Sequence record: KY555144.1
Reading direction: 5' to 3' (one strand)
DNA length: 64,000 nucleotides
Shown: positions 10,143 to 19,155 of the stretch, one piece after another
Layout: each line of letters opens with the position of its first letter
Position numbering within the stretch: position 1 is the first letter of the stretch
Position numbers and translations under genes: made by a program
The notes under the pieces: model-generated
Databases searched by the model: none
What the model was told of the DNA's origin: nothing
What the model saw: the letters and a program-made list of their open reading frames with translations, nothing else

Positions 10143-13100
10143 CCGATTACACGCCGATCCTGAAGCTCCCTGAGGTCGCGCCGAACCAAAACCAGAAGGA
10201 AGACACGATCAACACCGCGCTCGCCATCCTGGAGAGCGCGATGAACAACGTGAAGGTCTACACCCTCACCGGCGCGGGGCCGCGCAACCTCACCGAGGAC
10301 GACTACACGCGCTACTTCCTGCATCGGTTCTCGGGACAGACCGCCGCCTACGAGGTCACCGTGCCGGCCGCCCTGCCGCGTTGGTTCGCGGTCGAGAACG
10401 CCGGCACGTTCGCCATCACCGTGCGCTGCCAGGGGGTCACCGGCGGCCTGCCGTTCGAGGTCCCGCCCGGCAAGATCGGGCTGGCGGTCTCCGATGGCTC
10501 GGACGTCCGCACCGTCGTGCCGCAGTCGGGCATGGGCTTGCTCCAGGACCTCTCGGACGTGTCGGGCGTGCCGACCGACAAGCAGGTCCTGCGCTACGAC
10601 GCCGCCACCAGCCTGTGGAAGCCCTCGACCTTCACGATGGCCTTCACCCAACTGACCGACGTGCCGGGCAGCTATTCGGCCCAGCAGGGCAAGCTCGTGG
10701 CGGTCAACGCCGCCGGCACGGGCCTGGAGTTCGTCACCTCGGCCTCCAACGTCAACGACTTCCTCGATCTCACCGACACGCCCAGTTCCTACGCGGGCGC
10801 GGCCGGCAAGACCGTCAAGGTCTCGTCGGGCGGCACGGGCCTCGTGTTCGGGAGCCCGACCTTCCTGGAGAGCACCGACACCCCGTCCAGCTACAGCGGC
10901 GGCGCCAACAAGTTCGTCCGGGTCAATCCCGGCTCCAGCGCCCTGATCTTCTCGGACGTCAAGCTGACCGACCTCTCGGACGGGCCGGGGACCTATACCG
11001 GCTTTGGGGGCATGTTCCTGCGCGTCAAGAACGACGGGACGGGGTTCGAATTCAACACCGGTTCGGGCGGCCCTGACAACTTCCTGGACCTGACCGACAC
11101 GCCTGACGCGTATACGGGTCAGGCAAGCAAGGCCGTGCGCGTCAAATCCGACGTCTCGGGACTGGAGTTCTATACCCCCAACTTCCTGCTGCTATCGGAC
11201 ACGCCGGCCGATTATTCGGGCGCGGCCAACAAGGTCCTGAGGGTCAACGGCGCGGGCAACGCCGTCATCTTCAGCACCCTGGCCTTCCAGGACCTCCAGA
11301 ACGTCCCGACGGCCCAGGCCAACAAGTGGCTGCGCTGGAACCCGACCGCCACGGCGTTGATCAACGACACCCCGACCTTCTTGGGTCTGTCCGACACCCC
11401 GGCGGCCTATACGGGCAACGAGGGCAAGTACGTCTACGTCAAGGGGGATGGCTCGGGCCTGGGCTTCACCGCGACCTCGGCCAACCTGTCGTTCCTGGAG
11501 TTGAACGACACGATCGACACGACCTATGATTCCAAGACCGACATGGTGCCGATCGTCACCATCGTCTCGGGCTCGCCGGTCCTGCAACTGGGCTATTACG
11601 CCTTCGCCAAGCTGGCGGGGGTCAGCCTGTCCTCGCCGACCAACGGGCAAATCCTCGGCTACAACGCCACCTCCGGCCTGTGGACCAACATCGACGCGCC
11701 CGAGGGCGGCGGCGGCTCGATCGGCGTGCCGTCGTATGGGACGCATCCCTATTGGCGCCTGCTCCTGCACGCCACCGACGGCTCGACTGTCGAGTACGGC
11801 ATCCAGGAGATCGAGTTCAAGCACACCAAGACCGGGGCTGATCTGGCCAATGGCGGCACCGCCTCGGCCTCCACGACGGCTGAAGGCTCGCCGGATGGGG
11901 CTTTCGACAATACTGTGGGCGCGGCGTGGTTCTCCTCGACGGCGGCGGACGGCGAGTGGATCAAATACCACTTCACCGCGCCGGTCGATGTGCGCTACCT
12001 GACCCTGAAGGGCTCGCAGTCGCGACCCAACGGTTCGCCCTCGGCCTTCTCGGTCCAGTACAGCGACGATGACTCGGTCTGGACCACCGCCTGGGAGGTG
12101 ACGGGCCAGACGGGGTGGGCGGCGGGTCAGACCCGCGAGTTCCACGCCCCGATCGACCTCTTCTTCACCGACCTCGCCGACGCTCCGCCCAGCTATATCG
12201 GGCAGGGGGGCAAGGCCCTGCGCGTCAACACCGGCGAGACGGCGCTGGAGTTCTTCACCCCCGCCACGACGCTGGCGACCATGGGGGATGTCGACTTCAC
12301 CTTCCCGCCGACCGATGGCCAGTTCCTGCGCTATGACAACGCGACCGGCAAGTGGAAACCCTATACGCTGACGTCCGAAGGGCAGAAGGCGGCCTTCCGG
12401 GGCGAATGGTCCGGCTCGGGCGAGAACATCACCCTGACCTTTGACGCCTTGACCATTCCGAGCGTCCTGTCGCCGGACGCGCCGGGCTGGACGATCGTCG
12501 GGCAGGCCGACGCGACGGCTGGCACCACGCAGGCGCTGAAGTCGCGCCCGATCGGCAATAGCGGGCTCTGCTACGTTGAGCAGACCGTCAATTTCGTCGG
12601 CGATACGCCGTTCAAGGTGCGCTACAAGGTCTCTTCCGAATCGGTCGACGTCTTCCGCATCCTGGTCGACGGCTCGGTCGTGCTTACCGACAGCGGCAAC
12701 AACGGGACGTTTGAAGAGTTCTCGACCACCCTGTCGGGTACGCACACCATTCGCTATCAGTATAGCAAAGACCCCAGCGTCGCGGTGGGCGACGACTGTG
12801 TCTATATCAGTCAAATCACCTACAAGAAAACGGCGGACACCCCGTTCATCTATGGTGACACCGTCACCTATCTCGGCAATACCTTCTTCTGCCTGATCGA
12901 CAACACCACCGAGACGCCGGGTGTGGGAACGGACTGGTCGATGTTCGGCGGCTCGGGCTCGGGCACCTTCCTGGGACTCACCGACACCCCGGCCAGCTAT
13001 TCGGGACAGTCGCTCAAGGCCGTGCGGGTCAAGGCCGACGAGACGGGCCTGGAGTTCTACACCGCCGCGACCGGCGGCAGCGGCGGTTCGGGCGGCGTCC

Positions 13101-14377
13101 TGCCCGAGCGCACGCGCCTGCATCGCACCACCACCCAGGCGATCCCGTCGGGGACCTGGACGGCCGTCCAATGGGACTCGGAAGTGGAGGACCCGGTCGG
13201 GGCCTTCGTGTCGAGCGCCAATACCCGCATCACCGTCCCGGCCGGCGTCCAGAAGGCGCGGGTGACGGCCTATACGACCTGGAACACCAGCCCGACCAGC
13301 GCGACGGTCGGCTTGGCGCTGCGCCGCAATGGCGTCGAGATCGGCGCCTCGGGCGGCACCAACATCGCCGCCACCCGGACGGGGTTCGCCGAAAGCCACC
13401 TGAACCTCACCTCCGAGTGGTTCTCGGTCACGCAGGGCGACTACTACGAGGTCTATGTCCTTCAGAACTCCGGCTCCTCTCAGTCCCTGAACGGACCGGT
13501 GTCGAAGTTCGGCGAGCACTCCTACGTCCAGTTCGAATGGGACGTGGGGCCGGCGGCCCAGCAGTATGAAGCCCACGCCGCCCATAAGGGCTGGCGCGTG
13601 ATCGTCACCGAGAGCCAGATCGACACCTTCGCCACGATGGCGGAATTGAAGTTCTACGACCGGTCCGGAACCCTGGTCCCGACGACGGGCGGCAAGGTCT
13701 ACGACACCAACTCCCATGGGACCTATCCGGCCTCCCAGGCGTTCGACGGCAACACCGCCACCTACTGGTCGTCGTTGCAGCAGACCTCGACCGACCTCCC
13801 CGGTGGTCCGGGCTATATCTTCGCCTCGGGCGTGGACGTGGGGTCGTTCAAGATCACCACCACCGGCTCGGACTTCAACACCACCAACTCGCCCAAGAAC
13901 TTCTCGCTGCAATATACCGACGACGATGGCGCGTCGTGGAAGACCTACGCCGTCTACACCAACCAGACGGGCTGGGGCGTCAGCGAGGAGCGCACCTTCA
14001 CCGTGCCGGTCGTCGGCGTGGCGGCCAACGCGCCGGGCGGCGGCGACACCACGGCCGACTTCGGCTCCTTCATCGCCGGCAAGCCCCTGGCCAGCGAGAA
14101 GGCGATCCGCTACGTGGTCGCCACCCCGTTCACGGTCACGACCGGTCTCCACCAGGGCTCGGCCGAGACGGCGGCGACCGCCTCTCGCACGTTCAGCTTC
14201 GCCAAGAACGGCGTCGAGTTCCTTACCGCGACCTTCGCGGCGGCGGGGACGGTCGCCACGTTCTCGGCCAACACCGCCACGAGCTTCGCCGCCGGGGACA
14301 TCCTGCTGATCACCGCCCCGTCGACCCAGGACGCCACCCTGGCGGACATCTCCTTCACCCTCAAGGGAATCCGATAG
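10139..14377 (+). CDS. Long tail fibre/receptor-binding protein with FLxLTDTPxxY repeats and discoidin (F5/8-type)-like domains
   Basis: DUF2793-like N-terminus, about ten LTDTPSSYxG-type repeats, two AFD(G)NT..W domains. Confidence 0.8.
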   Translation: MTDYTPILKLPEVAPNQNQKEDTINTALAILESAMNNVKVYTLTGAGPRNLTEDDYTRYFLHRFSGQTAAYEVTVPAALPRWFAVENAGTFAITVRCQGVTGGLPFEVPPGKIGLAVSDGSDVRTVVPQSGMGLLQDLSDVSGVPTDKQVLRYDAATSLWKPSTFTMAFTQLTDVPGSYSAQQGKLVAVNAAGTGLEFVTSASNVNDFLDLTDTPSSYAGAAGKTVKVSSGGTGLVFGSPTFLESTDTPSSYSGGANKFVRVNPGSSALIFSDVKLTDLSDGPGTYTGFGGMFLRVKNDGTGFEFNTGSGGPDNFLDLTDTPDAYTGQASKAVRVKSDVSGLEFYTPNFLLLSDTPADYSGAANKVLRVNGAGNAVIFSTLAFQDLQNVPTAQANKWLRWNPTATALINDTPTFLGLSDTPAAYTGNEGKYVYVKGDGSGLGFTATSANLSFLELNDTIDTTYDSKTDMVPIVTIVSGSPVLQLGYYAFAKLAGVSLSSPTNGQILGYNATSGLWTNIDAPEGGGGSIGVPSYGTHPYWRLLLHATDGSTVEYGIQEIEFKHTKTGADLANGGTASASTTAEGSPDGAFDNTVGAAWFSSTAADGEWIKYHFTAPVDVRYLTLKGSQSRPNGSPSAFSVQYSDDDSVWTTAWEVTGQTGWAAGQTREFHAPIDLFFTDLADAPPSYIGQGGKALRVNTGETALEFFTPATTLATMGDVDFTFPPTDGQFLRYDNATGKWKPYTLTSEGQKAAFRGEWSGSGENITLTFDALTIPSVLSPDAPGWTIVGQADATAGTTQALKSRPIGNSGLCYVEQTVNFVGDTPFKVRYKVSSESVDVFRILVDGSVVLTDSGNNGTFEEFSTTLSGTHTIRYQYSKDPSVAVGDDCVYISQITYKKTADTPFIYGDTVTYLGNTFFCLIDNTTETPGVGTDWSMFGGSGSGTFLGLTDTPASYSGQSLKAVRVKADETGLEFYTAATGGSGGSGGVLPERTRLHRTTTQAIPSGTWTAVQWDSEVEDPVGAFVSSANTRITVPAGVQKARVTAYTTWNTSPTSATVGLALRRNGVEIGASGGTNIAATRTGFAESHLNLTSEWFSVTQGDYYEVYVLQNSGSSQSLNGPVSKFGEHSYVQFEWDVGPAAQQYEAHAAHKGWRVIVTESQIDTFATMAELKFYDRSGTLVPTTGGKVYDTNSHGTYPASQAFDGNTATYWSSLQQTSTDLPGGPGYIFASGVDVGSFKITTTGSDFNTTNSPKNFSLQYTDDDGASWKTYAVYTNQTGWGVSEERTFTVPVVGVAANAPGGGDTTADFGSFIAGKPLASEKAIRYVVATPFTVTTGLHQGSAETAATASRTFSFAKNGVEFLTATFAAAGTVATFSANTATSFAAGDILLITAPSTQDATLADISFTLKGIR

Positions 14378-14587
14378 ATGGCCGATGGGACGGCTCGCGT
14401 AACACAGGAGACGGTGGAGGTCATCTCGACCTCCCCCAAGCCCGTTCGCCTGACCCAGGAGACGGTGGAGGTCATCTCGACCACCAAGCGCCCCGCCCGT
14501 TTGACCCAGGTCACCGTGGAGGTGATCCGATCGATCGGGATCGTGACGGAGCGCCCCCGCCGCCTCATCTTCATGCTCGGAGCCTGA
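14378..14587 (+). CDS. Small protein of three 17-aa repeats (QETVEVIS...)
   Basis: Abuts both neighbours; 51-bp period at 14405, 14456 and 14507, with 27 bp identical between the first two copies. Confidence 0.7.
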   Translation: MADGTARVTQETVEVISTSPKPVRLTQETVEVISTTKRPARLTQVTVEVIRSIGIVTERPRRLIFMLGA

Positions 14588-14588
14588 C

Positions 14589-15677
14589 ATGGCCTATATT
14601 TTCGTCGACGGCTGCGATAGCGGCAGCGGCTCCACCAATACCCCGATGGCTCAAAAGTGGAGTTGGGCTGTCACCAACACGAGCTACCTCAACTGGGGTG
14701 GTACGGGACGCTTCGGCGGTCAGGCCTACTACGGCGGAGCCACCACACTCAACATCTATGGCGCCGGGAAAGCCTTCCCGCTCACCGGGACGGCGGTCGG
14801 CACCGATGAGTTCTTCATGGGGTGCAGCCTCTACGCGGCAGGCACGGCGAGCGGCGGCTACATCATGGCGTTCCAGAACTCGACGCCGGTGCTCGACGGG
14901 TCGGTCACCTTCAGCACCGGGTCGGCGCCCACCCAGTTGTCGATCCGCCTGACCGGTTCGATGACCCTGGCGATCTATCGAGGCGCGACGCTCCTGGCGA
15001 CGGGAACCACGGTCCTGACGGCGGGCCAGTGGTATCGCATCGAGGCGCGGATCGTGATCTCCAACACCGGGGTGTTCGATATTCGCCTGAACGGCAATCC
15101 CGAGATCACCTTCTCGGGCGACACTTACGATACGGGCGACCTGGGCGTGCGGCAGTTCTGCATCGTTCCGACCGCCAACACCTCTGCGTCGCTGCGTTTC
15201 GACGACATCGTGCTCTACAACAGCGCGGCGGTCGAGGGAGAGCCGACGACGTGGCTGGGCGACCTACGGATCGACACCCTGCGACCGACCGCCAACGGCG
15301 ATGTCGTCAACTCCACGCCGCTCTCGGGCGCGGCCTATGCGGCGGTCGATGAGGTGGCTATCGATGGCGACACCACCTATACCGAGTCGACCAACATCGG
15401 CGACAAGGACCTCTACCAGCTTGGCGACTTGACCGAAACGCCGCAGACGATCCATGCCGTGGTCGTTACCGCCGTGGCCAAGTCGACGGGTACGACCAAT
15501 CGGGCGATCAAGCTCAAGGTCAAGTCGAGCGTCGAGGGTGATAGCGCCGCCAAGACCGTGCCGCTGAGCGCCTATGGAGGCCTGCAAGCGTCGTTCTCTC
15601 GCGATCCGGCGACGACGGCGGCCTGGACCGCGACCGCCGTCAACGGCATGCAGGCTGGCTGGCAGGTCGACACCTGA
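14589..15677 (+). CDS. Virion structural protein with concanavalin/lectin-like beta domain
   Basis: Beta-rich; WYRIEARIVISNTGVFDIRLNG and FDDIVLY segments; last gene of the tail module. Confidence 0.55.
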   Translation: MAYIFVDGCDSGSGSTNTPMAQKWSWAVTNTSYLNWGGTGRFGGQAYYGGATTLNIYGAGKAFPLTGTAVGTDEFFMGCSLYAAGTASGGYIMAFQNSTPVLDGSVTFSTGSAPTQLSIRLTGSMTLAIYRGATLLATGTTVLTAGQWYRIEARIVISNTGVFDIRLNGNPEITFSGDTYDTGDLGVRQFCIVPTANTSASLRFDDIVLYNSAAVEGEPTTWLGDLRIDTLRPTANGDVVNSTPLSGAAYAAVDEVAIDGDTTYTESTNIGDKDLYQLGDLTETPQTIHAVVVTAVAKSTGTTNRAIKLKVKSSVEGDSAAKTVPLSAYGGLQASFSRDPATTAAWTATAVNGMQAGWQVDT

Positions 15678-15682
15678 CGAAT

Positions 15683-15720
15683 GTCGTGAATCTTGACATC
15701 GGCATGTTTCCGGACCATAG
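15683..15720 (+). promoter_or_regulatory. Recurring motif plus sigma70-type promoter for the lysis cassette
   Basis: GTCGTGAATCTTGACA-N17-CATAGT. Confidence 0.7.
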
Positions 15721-15756
15721 TCAAGGCCTTGATTTTCAGCACTTCCGGAATTCCAC

Positions 15757-16398
15757 ATGCGTGTCTCCGACACCGGCCTGAAGCTGATCCAGGCCTGGGA
15801 AGGCCTCGGTGACGGGAACCCCGCCACGGTCGACCTGGAGCCCTATGTCTGCCCGGCCAAGGTCTGGACGGTCGGTTGGGGGCACGCCCTGAAGACGCCG
15901 ACCGGTCAGATCATCGACGTCGACGTCTTCGGCGCCGCCAGGGCCAAGGTCCTGGCGGCCGAATCCATGCAGCGCAAGTTCGGCAAGGGCGCGATCACCC
16001 GTGATCAGGCCGTCGCCCTGCTGCGCGAGGATGTCACCGGCTTCGAGCGCTCGGTCGACAAGATGATCGGCGCGGCCGGAGCCACTCAGGCCCAGTTCGA
16101 CGCCCTGGTCTCGTTCGCCTTCAACTGCGGCTCGGCCAACCTCCAGTCCTCGACCCTCCTGCGCCTGCACAACGCCGGCAAGCGCGTGGTGGGCGACGTG
16201 TCGATGTCGGCGCTCTGCAAGGAGAGCAAGCTCTCCACGCCGATCGGTAACATCGCCGTGGCCTTCTCGCGTTGGAACAAGGTCAACAAGGTCTGGGCGC
16301 TGGGACTGTTCCGCCGCCGGCTGTCCGAGGTCCTGGTCTATGGCGGGCATAATCCCGACGAGGCGGTCAAGGCCGCCCAGGGCTTCAAGGGCTGCTGA
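15757..16398 (+). CDS. Endolysin, GH24 phage lysozyme
   Basis: WEG...YVCPAKVWTVGWGH, QFDALVSFAFNCG and GLFRRRLSE motifs. Confidence 0.9.
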   Translation: MRVSDTGLKLIQAWEGLGDGNPATVDLEPYVCPAKVWTVGWGHALKTPTGQIIDVDVFGAARAKVLAAESMQRKFGKGAITRDQAVALLREDVTGFERSVDKMIGAAGATQAQFDALVSFAFNCGSANLQSSTLLRLHNAGKRVVGDVSMSALCKESKLSTPIGNIAVAFSRWNKVNKVWALGLFRRRLSEVLVYGGHNPDEAVKAAQGFKGC

Positions 16399-16400
16399 TC

Positions 16401-16889
16401 ATGAGCCTGTTCGGTGTCATCGCCCTGGCCTGGAAGTTCTTCCTCAACCCGGCCGTCATGGGCGTCGTCTTCGCGGCGATCGCCGCCCTGACGGGATTGT
16501 GGCTGCTGGGCGGCCCGGTCCTGTTTTGGAAGGTGGTGCGCGACGCGCGCCTCTGGCTCGTCGTCGCCTGCGCGGCGGTGATCTTCGGCTACGCCCATCT
16601 CCAGACCAAGCTCGAAAAGGCCGAGCAGCGCCTGGAGGAGATCGCCGACCAGAAGCAGGCCCATGACGACGGCCAGGAGGTCGTCAAGAACAACATCAAA
16701 AAGCAGGTCAAGCGCGCCAAGCAGGCGGCCAAGTACCAAGAGGTTATTCACGATGCCCCGACTGGCGAAAAGCTCGACGCGCTCCTCGACGAGTTCGCGC
16801 GTGATCAAGGCGGTGCTGCTCCCGTCCCTGGTGATGCTCAGCCTGACCCTGGCGGCGTGTCAAACCGTCCCGGTCGGGTTCTCCCCTGA
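16401..16889 (+). CDS. Inner-membrane spanin (Rz-like)
   Basis: N-terminal hydrophobic helices followed by a coiled-coil; follows the lysin and overlaps the lipoprotein gene. Confidence 0.7.
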   Translation: MSLFGVIALAWKFFLNPAVMGVVFAAIAALTGLWLLGGPVLFWKVVRDARLWLVVACAAVIFGYAHLQTKLEKAEQRLEEIADQKQAHDDGQEVVKNNIKKQVKRAKQAAKYQEVIHDAPTGEKLDALLDEFARDQGGAAPVPGDAQPDPGGVSNRPGRVLP

Positions 16890-17142
16890 CGACCTCTATC
16901 CCAAGGAACTACGGACCTGCGCGCCCGCGCCGCAGGTCCCGCCGCGCCCGGCGCCCGGCGCGCCACGCCCCGAGGACGTCCAGGCCGGCTACGTCAAGGA
17001 TGACCATCTCGCCGGCGCCGATTGCCGCGACAAGGTCGAATCCTGGAACGAGCGGGCCGTCAAGTACGAGGCCCAGTACAAGGCCATGAACGCCGGCCCG
17101 GTCGGCAAGTTCTTCGGCAAGCTCAAAGGGAAGAAGCAGTGA
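16753..17142 (+). CDS. Outer-membrane lipoprotein spanin (Rz1-like)
   Basis: Signal peptide with lipobox LTLAAC, Pro-rich; ATG at 16753 lies inside the i-spanin gene in another frame. Confidence 0.75.
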   Translation: MPRLAKSSTRSSTSSRVIKAVLLPSLVMLSLTLAACQTVPVGFSPDDLYPKELRTCAPAPQVPPRPAPGAPRPEDVQAGYVKDDHLAGADCRDKVESWNERAVKYEAQYKAMNAGPVGKFFGKLKGKKQ

Positions 17143-17618
17143 CGCCGCCCTGGATCGCCGCGCCGCTGCGAGTCTGCGGGAACTTCTTCCGCTGGGTCCG
17201 CCTGACCCTGGACACGCTCTGCGATCGCCCTGACCACCTCCAGCGCCTGTCGATCATCGGCTCGGGCATGGCGGCCTTCCCGCTGATCATCGGGATCATC
17301 GCGATCCTGGTGCATTTCGGTCTGCACGGGCCGGACAGCGCCGCCGCCCTGGCGACCATCCCGATCATCGGCAACATGGGCTACGGCGCCCTGGCGCTCT
17401 ACGCCCTCTCCCAGGTGGCGCTCCTGGGGATCATCAAGGGCGTGCGGCTTTCTGGCCCCGGCGGCGTCAATGTCGAGATCGAGACCACCTCGGGCGATGG
17501 CGACGGCCTGTCCGACACCCACACCACGATCGTCGAGCGCGGCCGGCGTCACGGCCGCGATCACGATTGTGCTCCCAACCCTCAAGCCGGCTCTGGCGCC
17601 GGCGCTATCACGGAGTAG
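17139..17618 (+). CDS. Putative holin (two transmembrane segments)
   Basis: GTG start overlaps the spanin stop (GTGA); two hydrophobic stretches; located in the lysis cassette. Confidence 0.55.
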   Translation: MTPPWIAAPLRVCGNFFRWVRLTLDTLCDRPDHLQRLSIIGSGMAAFPLIIGIIAILVHFGLHGPDSAAALATIPIIGNMGYGALALYALSQVALLGIIKGVRLSGPGGVNVEIETTSGDGDGLSDTHTTIVERGRRHGRDHDCAPNPQAGSGAGAITE

Positions 17619-17623
17619 GGACC

Positions 17624-17797
17624 ATGCGCGAAGGCTTCATGCTGGAAGGCTATGGCGGTCTGAAGATCGGTCCGGGCGGCGGGGCTGACCCGTACACGAC
17701 CTTGGGCGACGGCGGCTCGGAAGGCTGCATCCCGGTCAAGGACGACATCGCTCCGGATGGCGGGACCGAGATCATCTCCCCGCACGGCTACGGCTAA
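17624..17797 (+). CDS. Small Gly/Asp-rich hypothetical protein (57 aa)
   Basis: ATG 6 bp after the holin stop with GGAG/AGGG upstream; normal codon usage. Confidence 0.5.
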   Translation: MREGFMLEGYGGLKIGPGGGADPYTTLGDGGSEGCIPVKDDIAPDGGTEIISPHGYG

Positions 17798-17830
17798 CAC
17801 CCTGCGACATAACGTCGCATGTCATGATCC

Positions 17831-17859
17831 TTGACAGAACGACGATCTTCGAGTATGGT
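17831..17859 (+). promoter_or_regulatory. Sigma70-type promoter TTGACA-N17-TATGGT preceded by motif variant TGTCATGATCC
   Basis: -35 at 17831-17836, -10 at 17854-17859. Confidence 0.7.
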
Positions 17860-17865
17860 CGCGGC

Positions 17866-18127
17866 TCTTCGACGGCATCCCACCGTCACCTATGGCTCGC
17901 GACCCACCGTTCGCAGGGAGATGCTCGCGACCAAGGCGGTAGCCGGAACGACGCTAGGCTGCAAAGCCAAGCCTCCGGAACACGCAGCAGCCGGCTGGAA
18001 CGCTAGGCCGTTACGTCCAAACGGGGCCAGGACCTGTGAGGCGAAAGCCGAAAGGCCCCACCACCCGACAAGGGTTCACGCGTGATGCGGAAGAAGGACG
18101 TCAGTCCTGAAGTGTCTCAGGTACAGA
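17866..18127 (+). ncRNA. Candidate ~260-nt structured ncRNA of unknown family
   Basis: Bounded by a promoter and a terminator; no credible ORF; many hairpins, including GNRA loops. Confidence 0.5.
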
Positions 18128-18157
18128 AGGCCCGCCGGTTTCCCGGCGGGCCTTTTT
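18127..18157. terminator. Intrinsic terminator between convergent units
   Basis: GGCCCGCCGG/CCGGCGGGCC stem followed by TTTTT. Confidence 0.85.
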
Positions 18158-18176
18158 CTGGTCTGGAGACAGGGCC

Positions 18177-18977
18177 TTAGTCGACCGCTTCCAGGCGCCG
18201 GCGCTTGGGTGCGCTCGCCGGCAGGGACGGGGCCAGATCGCCGATCTTGCCGACCACCTTGCCGAGGAACACGATCCGCTTGGGATCGACGTCGACATGA
18301 TCCTTCAAGTCGGCGCTATAGACCCGGAACGCGCCGCCCTTGGAGGGACGGGTGACGTGCGCGACCTGCATGACCTTGTCCATGCCGTAGACGAACTCGC
18401 CGCCGGCGGCGCTGGGCTCGACATCGCGGCGGACCACCGCCATGTCGCCCGGCTTGAGACCAGGGGCGAAGTCGTGGATCGGCGCCAGGGCCAGATCGGT
18501 CGGTTCGGCCTCGAACCGTTCACGCAGCCAGTCAGGATCGAGGTTCCAGGTCCGGGCGCGCTTGAACTCGCCAAGGCGGCCTTTGAAGGTCACTTCCTCG
18601 ACCGGGTTGGGCGCGCCGACCCCGAAGGTGATGTATTCGGGCGTCGTCTTGAGGACGTGGGCGATCTGCTCCAGCACGTCGATGTGCGGCTTGACGCTGT
18701 CGGACTCGTACATGATGTACGCCGTGCGCGCCAGCGGCCGGCGCTCGCCAGCCTGCTTCGGCTCCCAGCCCGGCTTGGTGCTGGTGTCCTTGCGCGAATT
18801 GCTCTGTTGGGTCAAGTAGACCTGCGAGGCCACTTGCTCCTGGGTCATGTCCAGGGCCTTCCGGCAGGCGGTGATCCGCTGCCCGATGGTCTGAGGATGC
18901 GCAAGATCGGCATCCTTGTGGATCAAGGAACGAGCGCGATGGGGCACCATCGGCTTCAGTTCGGCCACGGCTTGCAT
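18177..18977 (-). CDS. XRE-family HTH regulator with S24/LexA-like C-terminal domain
   Basis: IGQRITACRKALDMTQEQVA...YESDSVKP...IAHVLKTTPEYITFG; C-terminal PGDMAVV...FLGKVVG. Confidence 0.75.
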   Translation of the reverse strand: MQAVAELKPMVPHRARSLIHKDADLAHPQTIGQRITACRKALDMTQEQVASQVYLTQQSNSRKDTSTKPGWEPKQAGERRPLARTAYIMYESDSVKPHIDVLEQIAHVLKTTPEYITFGVGAPNPVEEVTFKGRLGEFKRARTWNLDPDWLRERFEAEPTDLALAPIHDFAPGLKPGDMAVVRRDVEPSAAGGEFVYGMDKVMQVAHVTRPSKGGAFRVYSADLKDHVDVDPKRIVFLGKVVGKIGDLAPSLPASAPKRRRLEAVD

Positions 18978-19155
18978 TTCGTTCTCCTCCGTCCGTCGGG
19001 AACCGCGTCATTCGGTGTCGGGGTAACACCTGACATTTGCGATGGTTCCACGCCGCAACGTTTCCTTGTCGAAATTGACAAAGAGGGGATGTACACCCTC
19101 TTTGGCAACACATCAAGGCCAGAGATGAAAAAAGTTTGATACTCGACTTTAGGGG

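Noticed and set aside
11192-14590. 1132-aa minus-strand ORF
   Set aside because: Antisense shadow of the tail fibre gene caused by GC3 bias; no protein motifs. The same applies to 3506..5251, 5745..7451, 21554..24187, 32028..34283, 47123..51091 and 53396..55924.
17624-17797. Lasso-peptide precursor idea for the 57-aa Gly-rich ORF
   Set aside because: The acidic residue is at the wrong position for ring closure, and no maturation genes are present.
18085-18127. Glycine-riboswitch-like TCTCAGG...ACAGA
   Set aside because: No upstream GGAGA/CCGAAG core and no downstream regulated gene.
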